DNA from: Planctomycetota bacterium
GTDB lineage: Bacteria; Planctomycetota; UBA1135
NCBI GenBank assembly: GCA_049609225.1
Contig: JBMYYH010000001.1
Coordinates: forward strand, 84,373 to 148,372
Length of the DNA stretch: 64,000 nucleotides
Direction: 5' to 3'
Part shown: positions 38,586-48,037 of the stretch, one piece after another
Numbering within the stretch: position 1 is the first letter of the stretch
Layout: every line of letters begins with the position of its first letter
Translations under genes and position numbers: made by a program
The notes under the pieces: generated by a model
The model's input: the letters and a program-made list of their open reading frames with translations, nothing else
The model's database searches: none
What the model was told of the DNA's origin: nothing

Positions 38586-38948
38586 TCAGTCTTGCTTACG
38601 CATGCCGTGCATCTCCGGACGGATCTCCAAGGTCCCTGAAGCTGCGGCAGGGATGCGTTTGGCCCAGGCGATGGCCGCATCCATGTCGGGTAGTTCCAGC
38701 GCGTAGAAACCGCCGATGTGTTCCTTGGTCTCCGCGAAGGGACCATCCGAAGTGATGGGTTCGCCATCGCGCATCGTCACGCAAGTCGAGGCGGACGGTG
38801 GTTGCAGTCCGTGGGTAGCCACGAAAACGCCTTCGGCCTCCATCTCGGCGTGAAGGGCATCGTAGGCTGCCATCTGCTGCTGCATGTCCTCAGGGGACTT
38901 GGGCGTGCAGCTTTCGGCATCGGTGTGCAGGAAGAGGAAGAACAGCAT
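38586..38948 (-). CDS. YciI family protein (paralogue)
   Basis: MLFFLFLH...SDGPFAETKEHIGGFYALELPDMDAAIAWAKR. Confidence 0.8.
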   Translation of the reverse strand: MLFFLFLHTDAESCTPKSPEDMQQQMAAYDALHAEMEAEGVFVATHGLQPPSASTCVTMRDGEPITSDGPFAETKEHIGGFYALELPDMDAAIAWAKRIPAAASGTLEIRPEMHGMRKQD

Positions 38949-39028
38949 GGTTACAAGATTGACGCGCCACCCCACCTTTGCGCGACAGGACTTTCAGGTT
39001 TTTTTGCGGACCGCCTACAATCCCCGAC

Positions 39029-39592
39029 ATGTCGCTCACTCGTGAGGAAGCCTGGGACCATCTCTGCACTTGGACGCCGTCGGAAGCCCTGCGCCGCCAT
39101 GGCCGCTCGGTGGAAATTTCGATGCGCGCAGCCGCGGTCAAGCTCGGCGCTGAAGAGGAAGTAGAGCTCTGGGGGCTGGCTGGACTCCTTCACGATGCCG
39201 ACTACGATTCCTGGCCGGAGGAACACCCCCATCGCATCGTCGCGTGGCTGCGCGAACGGGAGGAAATGCGCTTGGCGCATGCGATTTCGGCGCACTACAC
39301 CCAGTGGAATGTGCCCTATGAATCCTTGATGGACAAGGCACTGGTGGCCTGCGATGAACTGACCGGATTTCTGGGCGCCTGCTCGATGGTGCGACCGGAA
39401 GGCGTCGCGACCTTAAATGCGAAGAGTGTGATGAAGAAATTCAAGGATAAGAAATTCGCGGCGGGCGTCGAACGGGAAGAGGTGCGGGCTGGGTGCGCGA
39501 TGCTGGATATGGAGGTGAAGGAATGGGTGGAGTTCTTGATTCCACAGCTGCAACCTTACGCTGAGGAACTCGGATGGACCGGGCGCGGCTGA
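39029..39592 (+). CDS. HD-domain metal-dependent phosphohydrolase
   Basis: RRHGRSVEISMRAAA...GLLHDADY. Confidence 0.7.
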   Translation: MSLTREEAWDHLCTWTPSEALRRHGRSVEISMRAAAVKLGAEEEVELWGLAGLLHDADYDSWPEEHPHRIVAWLREREEMRLAHAISAHYTQWNVPYESLMDKALVACDELTGFLGACSMVRPEGVATLNAKSVMKKFKDKKFAAGVEREEVRAGCAMLDMEVKEWVEFLIPQLQPYAEELGWTGRG

Positions 39593-40314
39593 TGCGTTGG
39601 ACTGAGACAACGCCGGAAGAGGCTGCGGAGGACGTCGCCGGCAAGGTTTGTGCTTGGGCAGAAGCGCGTGCGGAGGGTGCCGAACGTGGTGCTTTGTTGC
39701 TGCCGACGGGGTCTTCACCGAAGCCTTTGTATGCGGAGTTACGCAAACGCGCGGCTGCCGGTGCCTTGGATGCATCGGCATGGAAGAGCTTCAACTTGGA
39801 TGAATACTGGCCTTGCCCAGCGGAGAGTCCGATTTCGTTTCGGACGTTCATGGAGGAAGAACTCATTGCTCCGCTGGGCTTAGGCCAAGAACAAATTGGC
39901 TTCCTTGATGGAGCCTGCGCGGTGGACCAAGTGGTGGCGCAGTGCGCGGCCTATGAGCAGACGATGGCGGATGCTGGTGGCATCGATCTGGCGATTCTCG
40001 GCGTGGGAGTGAATGGCCATTTGGCCTTCAATGAACCTGGCACCTTATGGGGATGCCGCACACGGATGGTCACCCTGGAAGACACGACGCGTGCGCGACC
40101 TGGTTTCCCTGGTGGCGTGAAGGAAGGACCGGAGAAGGCGCTGTCGGTCGGCATCGGCACGATCCTGGAGGCTCGGGAGATCGTGGTCTTGGCCTTTGGG
40201 GAAGCGAAGCAAGAGGCCCTGCAAGTATTACGGCAAGGCAGTGCGGATCTTGCTTGGCCAGTAACGAGCCTACTTGCGCATGGGGCGGTGACGGTTTATT
40301 GCGATCCGGCCTAG
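39592..40314 (+). CDS. Glucosamine-6-phosphate deaminase / 6-phosphogluconolactonase family protein
   Basis: LLLPTGSSPKPLY, FNLDEYW and ILGVGVNGHLAFNEPG. Its ATG overlaps the previous TGA (TGATG); an alternative start lies at 39574. Confidence 0.8.
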   Translation: MRWTETTPEEAAEDVAGKVCAWAEARAEGAERGALLLPTGSSPKPLYAELRKRAAAGALDASAWKSFNLDEYWPCPAESPISFRTFMEEELIAPLGLGQEQIGFLDGACAVDQVVAQCAAYEQTMADAGGIDLAILGVGVNGHLAFNEPGTLWGCRTRMVTLEDTTRARPGFPGGVKEGPEKALSVGIGTILEAREIVVLAFGEAKQEALQVLRQGSADLAWPVTSLLAHGAVTVYCDPA

Positions 40315-40329
40315 TGCTGTCGCAATCGT

Positions 40330-41019
40330 TTAGGGCATCGTCCATGCGCCAGGCATGAGGTCTGCCACTTCTGGGAAGGCTTCCATCAACTCGCCGCGAA
40401 CGAAGGGGTACATATCGTTTACCCCCCACCATGCTTCGCTCATCTCGGCGAAGAACTCCATCGGGTTGGTCAACGCATAAGCCTTCTGACGCCCGCCGGT
40501 GATGTAGAGGATGTTCTCCAAGGCAGCAGATTCCGTCAACTTTTGGAATGCCGCCTGGATGCCGGCGTGATCGTATCCGAGCACTTGATGATGCCATGCA
40601 TGACTGAGTTCATGCAGCACCATGTCCGGTTGGTTGCGTGACCACGACAGGAAGTTGGCAGCAACGCCAAACTCAATGCCCTCCGCCCAGTTCGCCGGTA
40701 GATCATGATCCGTCAACCACTGCGCCGACGGATGGTAAACACCACCGGGGCATTCCGGACGGTCCAGATGAAACCGCATCTCCACTTCCTGCAGACGCTC
40801 GACTACCGGCTGCGGCAAGCGAGTACGAATCTCCCACAACTCGATACGCAGCAAAGCGAGGACTTCCTCACGCAGATCCTTTTTGGCATAAAGTTTCTTT
40901 TGGACGTGGATCTTCCAACCTTCCAGCTCGACTTCCTTGTACTTCCACGGCGACAGGTCCGTGGTGGATGCGAACAACGGGAGGCAGGCGAGGAGAAGCG
41001 CGATGCGACTGCGGATCAT
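40330..41019 (-). CDS. Secreted hypothetical protein with an HExxH motif (putative zinc metallopeptidase)
   Basis: Signal MIRSRIALLLACLPLFAS and VLHELSHAWHH. Confidence 0.5.
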   Translation of the reverse strand: MIRSRIALLLACLPLFASTTDLSPWKYKEVELEGWKIHVQKKLYAKKDLREEVLALLRIELWEIRTRLPQPVVERLQEVEMRFHLDRPECPGGVYHPSAQWLTDHDLPANWAEGIEFGVAANFLSWSRNQPDMVLHELSHAWHHQVLGYDHAGIQAAFQKLTESAALENILYITGGRQKAYALTNPMEFFAEMSEAWWGVNDMYPFVRGELMEAFPEVADLMPGAWTMP

Positions 41020-41575
41020 GTATCGAGTGTAACGGCCGTGCCATTACGCACTCGGCTCCGGGGTCGAACAAGAGCACCTCTGGTTTAGAACCCCTTTGTT
41101 CTCTTAACCAGAGATGCCCAGCCTCCCTACACGAGATGGTCACGGGCCTATCCCTCTGAATGTGCAGTTCCGCTCAAAATGTTCGATCAGGGATCGAGAC
41201 ACGGGATCCCCTTGAGGACCCAGGTGGCGGCAGCCGCCATGATCACGACGACTGCTGCCTGGAGGACGGTGTGCTTGTTCGAACAGCGTCTTCTCCTTTC
41301 CCTTACGCGGGTGTCCGGTAAACGCTGAAGAAAAAACCGCCGTTTCTCCAATTGCCGCGACTCCAACCCCTTGGAGTACACGACTACAGGTTCTGTGAAA
41401 TCCTGTATTTTCAATAGGGCCCTATTTCGATTTGGTTAACTAATTATTTCTGTCGCGATTGCCGCGCCTGGCTCCCGATTGACGCTATCCCGATGTTTCT
41501 CAAGAACTTGTGCGAATCTTCGGAATCGCAAAGACTGTCAAGCACACGCAAATCAGAGGCCTTATCCTCGCCCCC

Positions 41576-42481
41576 ATGCAGACTGGATCCGCACCTTCCG
41601 CCCATCATTACGCGCAACGCGTGATGCGTGTGCTTGTGCACATCCAGCAGAACTTGGATGCCGCGCTGCCCTTAGAGGAGCTTGCACGCATCGCTGGATT
41701 CTCGGCCTATCACTTTCATCGCATCTTTCGCGGCATGGTCGGCGAGTCCGTCAAGCAACACATCCGACGCCTACGCCTGGAACGTGCGGCAGGGCACCTA
41801 AAGCACACCAATCGCACGGTGCTCGAACTCGCACTCGAAGCCGGTTATGAAACGCACGAATCCTTCACCCGTGCGTTCAAGCACGCCTTCGACATCCCGC
41901 CCAGCGCCTTCCGCGATGCGCATCGCCCGCCTCGCATCGAGGCGGCGGTGAATGTCCACCACGGCGATGGCGATTCCCTTCAATTCACACCCCTCGAACA
42001 CAAAGCATTTCAGATGGAAGTCCAAATCAAGGAACTCCCCTCGCGGCACGTCGCATTCCTGCGCCATGTCGGCCCCTATGACCAGGTCGGTACGGCTTGG
42101 GAGCGGCTCTGCGATTGGGCCGCCCGCAACGACCACTTCGGCAAGGACACCCTCATCTTCGGCGCTTCCTACGATGATCCGGATGTCACTCCGGCAGACA
42201 AGCTTCGTTATGAGGCATGTCTTACCGTGGAAGCTTCGGTGCAGGGTGAAGGCGATATCAGCACGCGCGAAGAAGCCGGTGGCACCTTCGCGACCACGAT
42301 CCACGAAGGCCCGTATCAGCAACTCGGCGAAACCTATGCCAAACTCTTCGGTGGTTGGCTGGCGCAGTCGAGCCATAAACCGGCGCAGGAAGCATGCTTG
42401 GAGTTCTACCTCAACGATCCGGAAACCACTGAACCCGACGACCTCCTTACTGAAATCTGCATCCCCCTCAAGGTCCAATGA
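41576..42481 (+). CDS. AraC family transcriptional regulator with a GyrI-like effector domain
   Basis: LEELARIAGFSAYHFHRIFR...ALEAGYETHESFTRAFK, followed by a GyrI-like C-terminal half. Confidence 0.8.
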   Translation: MQTGSAPSAHHYAQRVMRVLVHIQQNLDAALPLEELARIAGFSAYHFHRIFRGMVGESVKQHIRRLRLERAAGHLKHTNRTVLELALEAGYETHESFTRAFKHAFDIPPSAFRDAHRPPRIEAAVNVHHGDGDSLQFTPLEHKAFQMEVQIKELPSRHVAFLRHVGPYDQVGTAWERLCDWAARNDHFGKDTLIFGASYDDPDVTPADKLRYEACLTVEASVQGEGDISTREEAGGTFATTIHEGPYQQLGETYAKLFGGWLAQSSHKPAQEACLEFYLNDPETTEPDDLLTEICIPLKVQ

Positions 42482-43083
42482 AGATCAATCTCGTCAAGGA
42501 ACTCAAAGAGGAGTTCTCTACTGCCAAGAAGTGCAAGCTTCTGGACGTCAGCGATGCGCAATACCTCGCCGTGGATGGCAAGGGAAGTCCTGGCGAGGAT
42601 GCCTTTGCGGATGCCGTCGGAGCGCTTTATGGCATGGCCTATACCATCAAGTTCGCCTGCAAGGATCGGGATGAGGATTTCGTCGTGGGCAAATTGGAGG
42701 CGCTCTATGCCAAGGGAGTGCCGATGGAAGAGTATGTAGCGCGTCCCAAGGAGGAGTGGGAATGGACCATGATGATTCGCATGCCTGAGGTCGTCACGGA
42801 GGCAGATATGGAGCCGGCGCGGGAGGCCTTGCGCAAGAAAGGTAAGACCGAGGACTTCGGCGCAGTGCGCTTGGAGGCCATCGAAGAGGGCCGTTGCGTG
42901 CAGATGTTGCACCTTGGACCTTATGAGGAGGAAGCGGTCACGGGTGCAGCGATGATTGCGTTCTGCGAAGAGCAGGGAGTGCGTCCGCATCGTTGGCATC
43001 ATGAAATCTATATGAGCGATCCACGGCGGGTGCCTGCTGAGAAGTTGAATACCTTGTTGCGCTTCCCAGTGGTCGATGCCTGA
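42478..43083 (+). CDS. GyrI-like small-molecule-binding domain protein
   Basis: [36 protein letters not shown]...YGMAYTIKF...[11 protein letters not shown]. Confidence 0.7.
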   Translation: MKINLVKELKEEFSTAKKCKLLDVSDAQYLAVDGKGSPGEDAFADAVGALYGMAYTIKFACKDRDEDFVVGKLEALYAKGVPMEEYVARPKEEWEWTMMIRMPEVVTEADMEPAREALRKKGKTEDFGAVRLEAIEEGRCVQMLHLGPYEEEAVTGAAMIAFCEEQGVRPHRWHHEIYMSDPRRVPAEKLNTLLRFPVVDA

Positions 43084-43504
43084 ACGTCCTCCGTTCCATT
43101 TGGCCTTTCCGGTGCATGATCTTGCGGCGGCACGAGAGTTCTACGGTGCGCTGCTGGGTTGCGCGGAAGGTCGCAGCAGTGCGGAGTGGGTGGACTTCGA
43201 TCTGTACGGTCATCAGATCGTGGCGCACCTCGTGGTTGCGGCGGATGGAGCGCATCTTGCAGGCCACAATCCTGTCGACGGAGAGGCCGTGCCCGTCCCC
43301 CATTTCGGATTAGTCCTGGAGTGGCAAGCTTGGCACCAACTGGCAGAGCGGCTCACTGCAGCCGGCACGGATTTCGTGATCGACCCTTATCTACGCTTTG
43401 AGGGAGAGGTCGGCGAGCAGGCCACCATGTTCCTGCTCGACCCCAGTGGCAATGCCCTGGAGTTCAAGAGTTTCCGCGATCCTTCGCAGTTGTTCGCGAA
43501 TTAG
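43076..43504 (+). CDS. VOC (glyoxalase/bleomycin resistance/dioxygenase) family protein
   Basis: [24 protein letters not shown]...[12 protein letters not shown]...[10 protein letters not shown]. Confidence 0.8.
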   Translation: MPERPPFHLAFPVHDLAAAREFYGALLGCAEGRSSAEWVDFDLYGHQIVAHLVVAADGAHLAGHNPVDGEAVPVPHFGLVLEWQAWHQLAERLTAAGTDFVIDPYLRFEGEVGEQATMFLLDPSGNALEFKSFRDPSQLFAN

Positions 43505-43521
43505 ATTTCGCGCGCGGTCGA

Positions 43522-44682
43522 TCAGGATTCCGACCCGCGTTCGCGCGCTTGCTCTTGGCTTTGACGCATGACGGCCAGTGCTGCATGCGTGCAGGCCGAC
43601 AGAATCGCGTTCTCCTCTCCCCACTGGCGCATGAGGGCAAGCACTTGTCGCATCGCCAGCTTGGCATCTGCCTTCGCGGAGTTCTCTGGCATGTCCAGTT
43701 GCTCTTCAATCTGCAAATAGGACCACCGACGCACCTCATGCAGTACCAGAACCCGCTGCTGACTCATGGGCAATGCGTGGAAGTAACGTCCGGCGAGCCC
43801 CATCGCGTGCCTTCCGACGCCGTACCGTTCCAACCAAGTTGCCATGTAGAGATAGGGATTCAGGTGCAGTCCCAGTTTTTCCCAGCGCTCTGTAAACCAA
43901 TCTTGATTCGCCTGCAGGTCCAGGAAATCCAACCCACAGCCAGACCAGACCACCCCATACTGTCGGACAAGCTGACGCTTGATCTGCCCTTCCATTTCCT
44001 GGAGGGTTCTTTGAAACACTCTCTTGGAAGCTTGGGACGCAGCTAACTGGGTCTGCTCTTCGAGATGAAAGATATGCTTGAAGGCGATGGACTTGCGCGT
44101 TTTGTAATCATATTCAGAAAGCACGTGCAAGAACCGACGTAACCAGTTGCGCAAACACTCTTCCGAGACACAAGCGGAGAGCATATAGGATCTGCCGGAA
44201 GACACCAAGGGAGTCGCGACAGCACGTGCTCGAATTCCTGCGTTCTCCAATGCCGTCGCCTGCAACTCGATATTCTCCTTGAGATTGACGATAGTGTCCT
44301 CGCCAAGGAATCCTTGAATCAAATCGACCCTCTTCCGAAAGGACAGGCCCCCCGGAAACCGCGACGGCAAGAGGCTTGCTCCATGACCCAGATTTCGTTC
44401 ATGGAAGGGCTCGTTCCGCAGACAACCGTCGAGGAAACCAAACTTCCCGAGTTGCACCTCCAACTCCGCAAAAAAGCTGCGCAGGATTCCCTTGTTGCGG
44501 AATTCGCGTAGGACCAGCCAAACATCATCGAGGGTCGTTCGCGGGGCGAAGATCTTGGGTTTGGGCTCTCCGAACCACCGCACCAAAGTGCGGTTTCGCG
44601 AATCCAAGCGCACCAACCCTGGCCAAAGCCATTGTGCGAAGGCGGTGATTTCCTGCGGCGAAGGAGTGTGATGGTGGGGCAT
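43522..44682 (-). CDS. Hypothetical protein with only a sigma-70 region-4-like HTH at the C-terminus
   Basis: ALPMSQQRVLVLHEVRRWSYLQIEEQLDMPENSAKADAKLAMRQV resembles region 4. I do not recognise the ~270 aa N-terminal part. Confidence 0.4.
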   Translation of the reverse strand: MPHHHTPSPQEITAFAQWLWPGLVRLDSRNRTLVRWFGEPKPKIFAPRTTLDDVWLVLREFRNKGILRSFFAELEVQLGKFGFLDGCLRNEPFHERNLGHGASLLPSRFPGGLSFRKRVDLIQGFLGEDTIVNLKENIELQATALENAGIRARAVATPLVSSGRSYMLSACVSEECLRNWLRRFLHVLSEYDYKTRKSIAFKHIFHLEEQTQLAASQASKRVFQRTLQEMEGQIKRQLVRQYGVVWSGCGLDFLDLQANQDWFTERWEKLGLHLNPYLYMATWLERYGVGRHAMGLAGRYFHALPMSQQRVLVLHEVRRWSYLQIEEQLDMPENSAKADAKLAMRQVLALMRQWGEENAILSACTHAALAVMRQSQEQARERGSES

Positions 44683-44838
44683 CGGCGAGGGAAAGAATCT
44701 CTAAGCTTCGTGGAGCTTAAGGGCAGCAACCCGCCAATTGCAACATCCTATTAAAAGAAACTTCCTAACCCTCGCTGATTGGGGCAGCAGCTTGTGGGGA
44801 TCCGCGAGCGAAGGTGTGCTGGAGGATTCAGAATCTAA

Positions 44839-45159
44839 TTAGATAGAAACTGCCGCGACCACGGCAGCGCACAGCCCTGAGAGGAGGAAATAGCCTCCCG
44901 AAACCATCATCATTCCCTTGGCCATCTGTTCCTTCTTGAAAATGAGTAGGATGATCGAGGTCACCATAAGGAAAGGGAACTGGACAAAGCCCATGAGGTA
45001 GAAGAGGGCATTAACCACCAGATGGTCATCGACGCCGCCGCCCTCTAGGGTAAGGAAGGTAAAGAACAAGACGATGACCATAAAAACGGCAAGCCCAGCA
45101 CCCTGGCTGAAACCGTCCAGTTTGTTTGCTCTGTCCTTGTCGTTCGGTGGTCGATCCAT
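44839..45159 (-). CDS. Small polytopic membrane protein, paralogue C of a tandem trio
   Basis: 106 aa. Contains GFVQFPFLM...EQMAKG...LLSGLCAAV. The start is set at ATG 45159. Confidence 0.45.
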   Translation of the reverse strand: MDRPPNDKDRANKLDGFSQGAGLAVFMVIVLFFTFLTLEGGGVDDHLVVNALFYLMGFVQFPFLMVTSIILLIFKKEQMAKGMMMVSGGYFLLSGLCAAVVAAVSI

Positions 45160-45173
45160 ACGGCAGTCCCGGG

Positions 45174-45512
45174 TTACATGCTGCTTGCGCAGAGACTGGT
45201 ACCTATCAAGGCTAACAAAAGCAGGAAGGTGGCACCTTTCGCCTGTTCGCGGTTTCCAATACGTAGGCAGCGCCAAATGAAGAGTGGCATATAGAGGAGC
45301 TGGGTCCATCCAACAGCCAGAGCCAGGACCATTCCCATGAAGAAGGTATCCGGCTCCTGCAGGAATAGCATCGAACCTGCCAAGAGAAACAGGCCACCCT
45401 GCACCGCAATCATGAGGAACATGGCGCCTAGGAACCCACTCAAGAAGTTATCGAGATCCTGCTTCGGAGGTTCACCATCCTCTGAAAACTCATCCAATGG
45501 CAGCGCCCGCAT
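45174..45512 (-). CDS. Small polytopic membrane protein, paralogue B
   Basis: 112 aa. Contains GWTQLLYMPLFIWRCLRIGNREQAKG...LIGTSLCASS. Confidence 0.5.
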   Translation of the reverse strand: MRALPLDEFSEDGEPPKQDLDNFLSGFLGAMFLMIAVQGGLFLLAGSMLFLQEPDTFFMGMVLALAVGWTQLLYMPLFIWRCLRIGNREQAKGATFLLLLALIGTSLCASSM

Positions 45513-45837
45513 TGCATAAGCTCGTGAACAGGAAAAGCACGCCTGAGACCCAAAGAACTCCCTTTGCGGCTAATGGCTCCCCCCTTCGGTTTAGGCGCCA
45601 AGCCAATGGGAATAGGTAGAGCAACTGCAGCCATCCGATTTGGAAAAAAAGGACCACGACGAGGATTTCTTCCAGGTTACTGAAATGGAATACGTAGAAG
45701 TCTAGGGTGAAGAATAGAATCGCCAGGACCGGGTGCAGAGTCAGGGCCCAAAATATGGCCTTCTTCACACCGGCGGCAACTGTGCTGGAGTCCATTGGCT
45801 CCGGCTCCATGACACTCTCTCCCCGCTCCTCATTCAT
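45490..45837 (-). CDS. Small polytopic membrane protein, paralogue A
   Basis: 115 aa. Contains GWLQLLYLFPLAWRLNRRGEPLAAKG...LFTSLCNAG. Its ATGA overlaps the radical SAM stop. Confidence 0.5.
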   Translation of the reverse strand: MNEERGESVMEPEPMDSSTVAAGVKKAIFWALTLHPVLAILFFTLDFYVFHFSNLEEILVVVLFFQIGWLQLLYLFPLAWRLNRRGEPLAAKGVLWVSGVLFLFTSLCNAGAAIG

Positions 45838-47273
45838 ACTTCCTCCACCTCCCTCAAGCCGCGCAGTTTCGCCAGGACTGTCCTCTCAAGCTCACCGCGA
45901 TAGAACAGGTTGTAGGTTTCCAAGGGAATGAGGCGGCCATCTTCCGGGTGGACCACATGCACACAACTCTTCTTGATGGAGCGCACATCAAAATCATGTG
46001 CATCGAGGAAACGCATGATCACCACTCGGAAAACACGGTCGTAGCCGAGGTCATCGGGCACTTCGAACTGCGGCAGGCAACAAAGCAGGTCAGCCAGGCT
46101 ATTCGCACTGGAATCGGGGCTGTGTGCCGTCGACAACATGTCGAACAGCTTTTGCTGTAGTCGCGGATCACCCTCGAAGGTGATGGTATTGCGGGAATGA
46201 TCCATCAGCATCTGCGGATCGAAGAGGCCGGTGAGGGGAACCGGGCCCTGTTCCGTCTTCAAGGCATAGGCCATCGCGATGCAATCGGGATGACATGGGA
46301 CCGGCATAATGTCGTCGGGGGTGAAGACATCGGTCTGCGCAAGGATGTTGTTACGCACTTCGGTGAGGATCAGGCGATCGGGGCTTGCCTCATGCAGTGG
46401 AGCCCCATGGCTGAGATCCACACGTCCGGCGTCCTGCATCGGCTGGAAGGTCACGCCGCGGACGGCCGGTTGCTGCATCGCGTAGTCGATGATGCGCCCG
46501 CATTCCTGATCATTCAGCCCCTTCACCAAGGTCACCACCAAGGTCGTGGATAAACCTAGTGCATTGAGACGTTCCAAGGCCTTGGCCCGGACGTCGCGAA
46601 GATCTCCCCCACGCAACTGTCGCAGCGGCTCCTCTTCAAGCGAGTCGAACTGCAGATAGATCTCCAGGCCCGGCATGTATTCCGCCAAACGTTCGGCGAA
46701 CCCAGGCTCCTGCGCAATCCGCAAGCCGTTGGTGTTGATCATCAAATGCCGGATCGGTCGCTCCCGTGCCGCATCCATGATGCGAAAGAACTCCGGATGC
46801 AACGTGGGCTCCCCACCGGATAGTTGCACCACATCCGGTTCACCTTCACTCGCCACGACGGCATCAAGCATCCGCACGATCTTGTCGTAGTCATGAAATC
46901 CACCTGTATGCGGACCGCTCTCGGCATAGCAGACCGGGCAACTCAAGTTGCATCGCTCCCCCAGCTCGATCAAGGTCACGCAGGAATGCTGTTCATGATC
47001 CGGGCACAAGCCGCAGTCATAAGGGCATCCATATTTCACCGGCGTCTGGAAGCTATTCGGCATCTCCGACGGCTTCAGGAAACGCTCTCGCGCCTGCCTG
47101 TAATACGCGACGTCGTCCGCGATGAGGACACGCTCCTTTCCATGCTGCAGGCAATGCTTCTGCATCCATACCTTGTCATCCTGAAACAGGATCTTGGCAT
47201 CGACGCGCTGCAAGCAGGTCGAGCAGATGGATAAGGTGAAGTCGTAGTACTGGTAATCGCGGACGCGGGTCAT
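45834..47273 (-). CDS. Radical SAM enzyme with multiple Cys clusters (architecture like archaeal tetraether lipid synthase Tes/GDGT-MAS)
   Basis: CNLSCPVC (46929-46952), i.e. CxxxCxxC. The N-terminus has CSTC...CLQH, and CPYDCGLCPDHEQHSC precedes the radical SAM core. 479 aa. Confidence 0.8.
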   Translation of the reverse strand: MTRVRDYQYYDFTLSICSTCLQRVDAKILFQDDKVWMQKHCLQHGKERVLIADDVAYYRQARERFLKPSEMPNSFQTPVKYGCPYDCGLCPDHEQHSCVTLIELGERCNLSCPVCYAESGPHTGGFHDYDKIVRMLDAVVASEGEPDVVQLSGGEPTLHPEFFRIMDAARERPIRHLMINTNGLRIAQEPGFAERLAEYMPGLEIYLQFDSLEEEPLRQLRGGDLRDVRAKALERLNALGLSTTLVVTLVKGLNDQECGRIIDYAMQQPAVRGVTFQPMQDAGRVDLSHGAPLHEASPDRLILTEVRNNILAQTDVFTPDDIMPVPCHPDCIAMAYALKTEQGPVPLTGLFDPQMLMDHSRNTITFEGDPRLQQKLFDMLSTAHSPDSSANSLADLLCCLPQFEVPDDLGYDRVFRVVIMRFLDAHDFDVRSIKKSCVHVVHPEDGRLIPLETYNLFYRGELERTVLAKLRGLREVEEV

Positions 47274-48010
47274 ACCGTTGCCTTGGAAACGCGGATGAGA
47301 TCACGCAGAAGAATCACTGCACCGATCAGACACGCCATCTGAATGATACGTAGACCACCGTACACCTCATAGGGTTTCAGGAAGTCGACGAGGAAACGGG
47401 AAACGAGATATCCGAACAGGAAGAGACGAAAACTGTCACCCTCGCGCTGAAAACGACGTGTGGGGTTCTGCAAGTAAGCCTTTAGGGCGAAACCGAAGGC
47501 CACGAGGAACAAGATTTCATAAAGCGGTGCAGGGTGACGTGGAATGCCGTCGCCAAAATCGATGCCGAAGATGGAATCCGTTGGGACACCAAGCGTGTCA
47601 TCGTTCAAACCGGCGGCCAGGCAGCCGATGCGCCCGATAGCCATGCCGATGAGCAGCGGGAAAGTGAACAGGTCACCCGTGCGGGACTGGATGTTGTAGA
47701 TCCTTTTGACGGCCTCCACCACGAACCATCCGCCGAGCAGTGCCCCCACGATGGTTTTCCCCCCAGCCAAGTAAAGCACTCGCTCCAATGGACTGTGGCC
47801 TTCCCAAAAGGCCAGGAACTCCGAAGGCGATGCCAAATGATGCAACAGCTTCGACCCGATGGCCGCACCCAAAACCGCCGCAACCAGGACCGTCGTTCGT
47901 GTGTTGTTCGGGACGGGATCCCCGAGCGTCTTCCGTTGACTGCGATAGACCCTCCACGCCACGAAGTAAGCGAGTCCCTCGAACAGGAGGTGGGTCGCAG
48001 GATGCATCAT
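47270..48010 (-). CDS. Lgt (prolipoprotein diacylglyceryl transferase) family membrane protein, short paralogue
   Basis: 246 aa. Contains GKTIVGALLGGW, GRIGCLAAGLNDDTLG and RHPAPLYEILFL. Its ATGA overlaps the radical SAM start. Confidence 0.8.
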   Translation of the reverse strand: MMHPATHLLFEGLAYFVAWRVYRSQRKTLGDPVPNNTRTTVLVAAVLGAAIGSKLLHHLASPSEFLAFWEGHSPLERVLYLAGGKTIVGALLGGWFVVEAVKRIYNIQSRTGDLFTFPLLIGMAIGRIGCLAAGLNDDTLGVPTDSIFGIDFGDGIPRHPAPLYEILFLVAFGFALKAYLQNPTRRFQREGDSFRLFLFGYLVSRFLVDFLKPYEVYGGLRIIQMACLIGAVILLRDLIRVSKATV

Positions 48011-48037
48011 CCAGCCTAGAGTTTCAGAAGCACGGTC

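Noticed and set aside
41187-41414. 75-aa minus-strand ORF in the long intergenic region
   Set aside because: It has a TTG start, no recognisable motif and an Arg-rich low-complexity middle. It is more likely non-coding.
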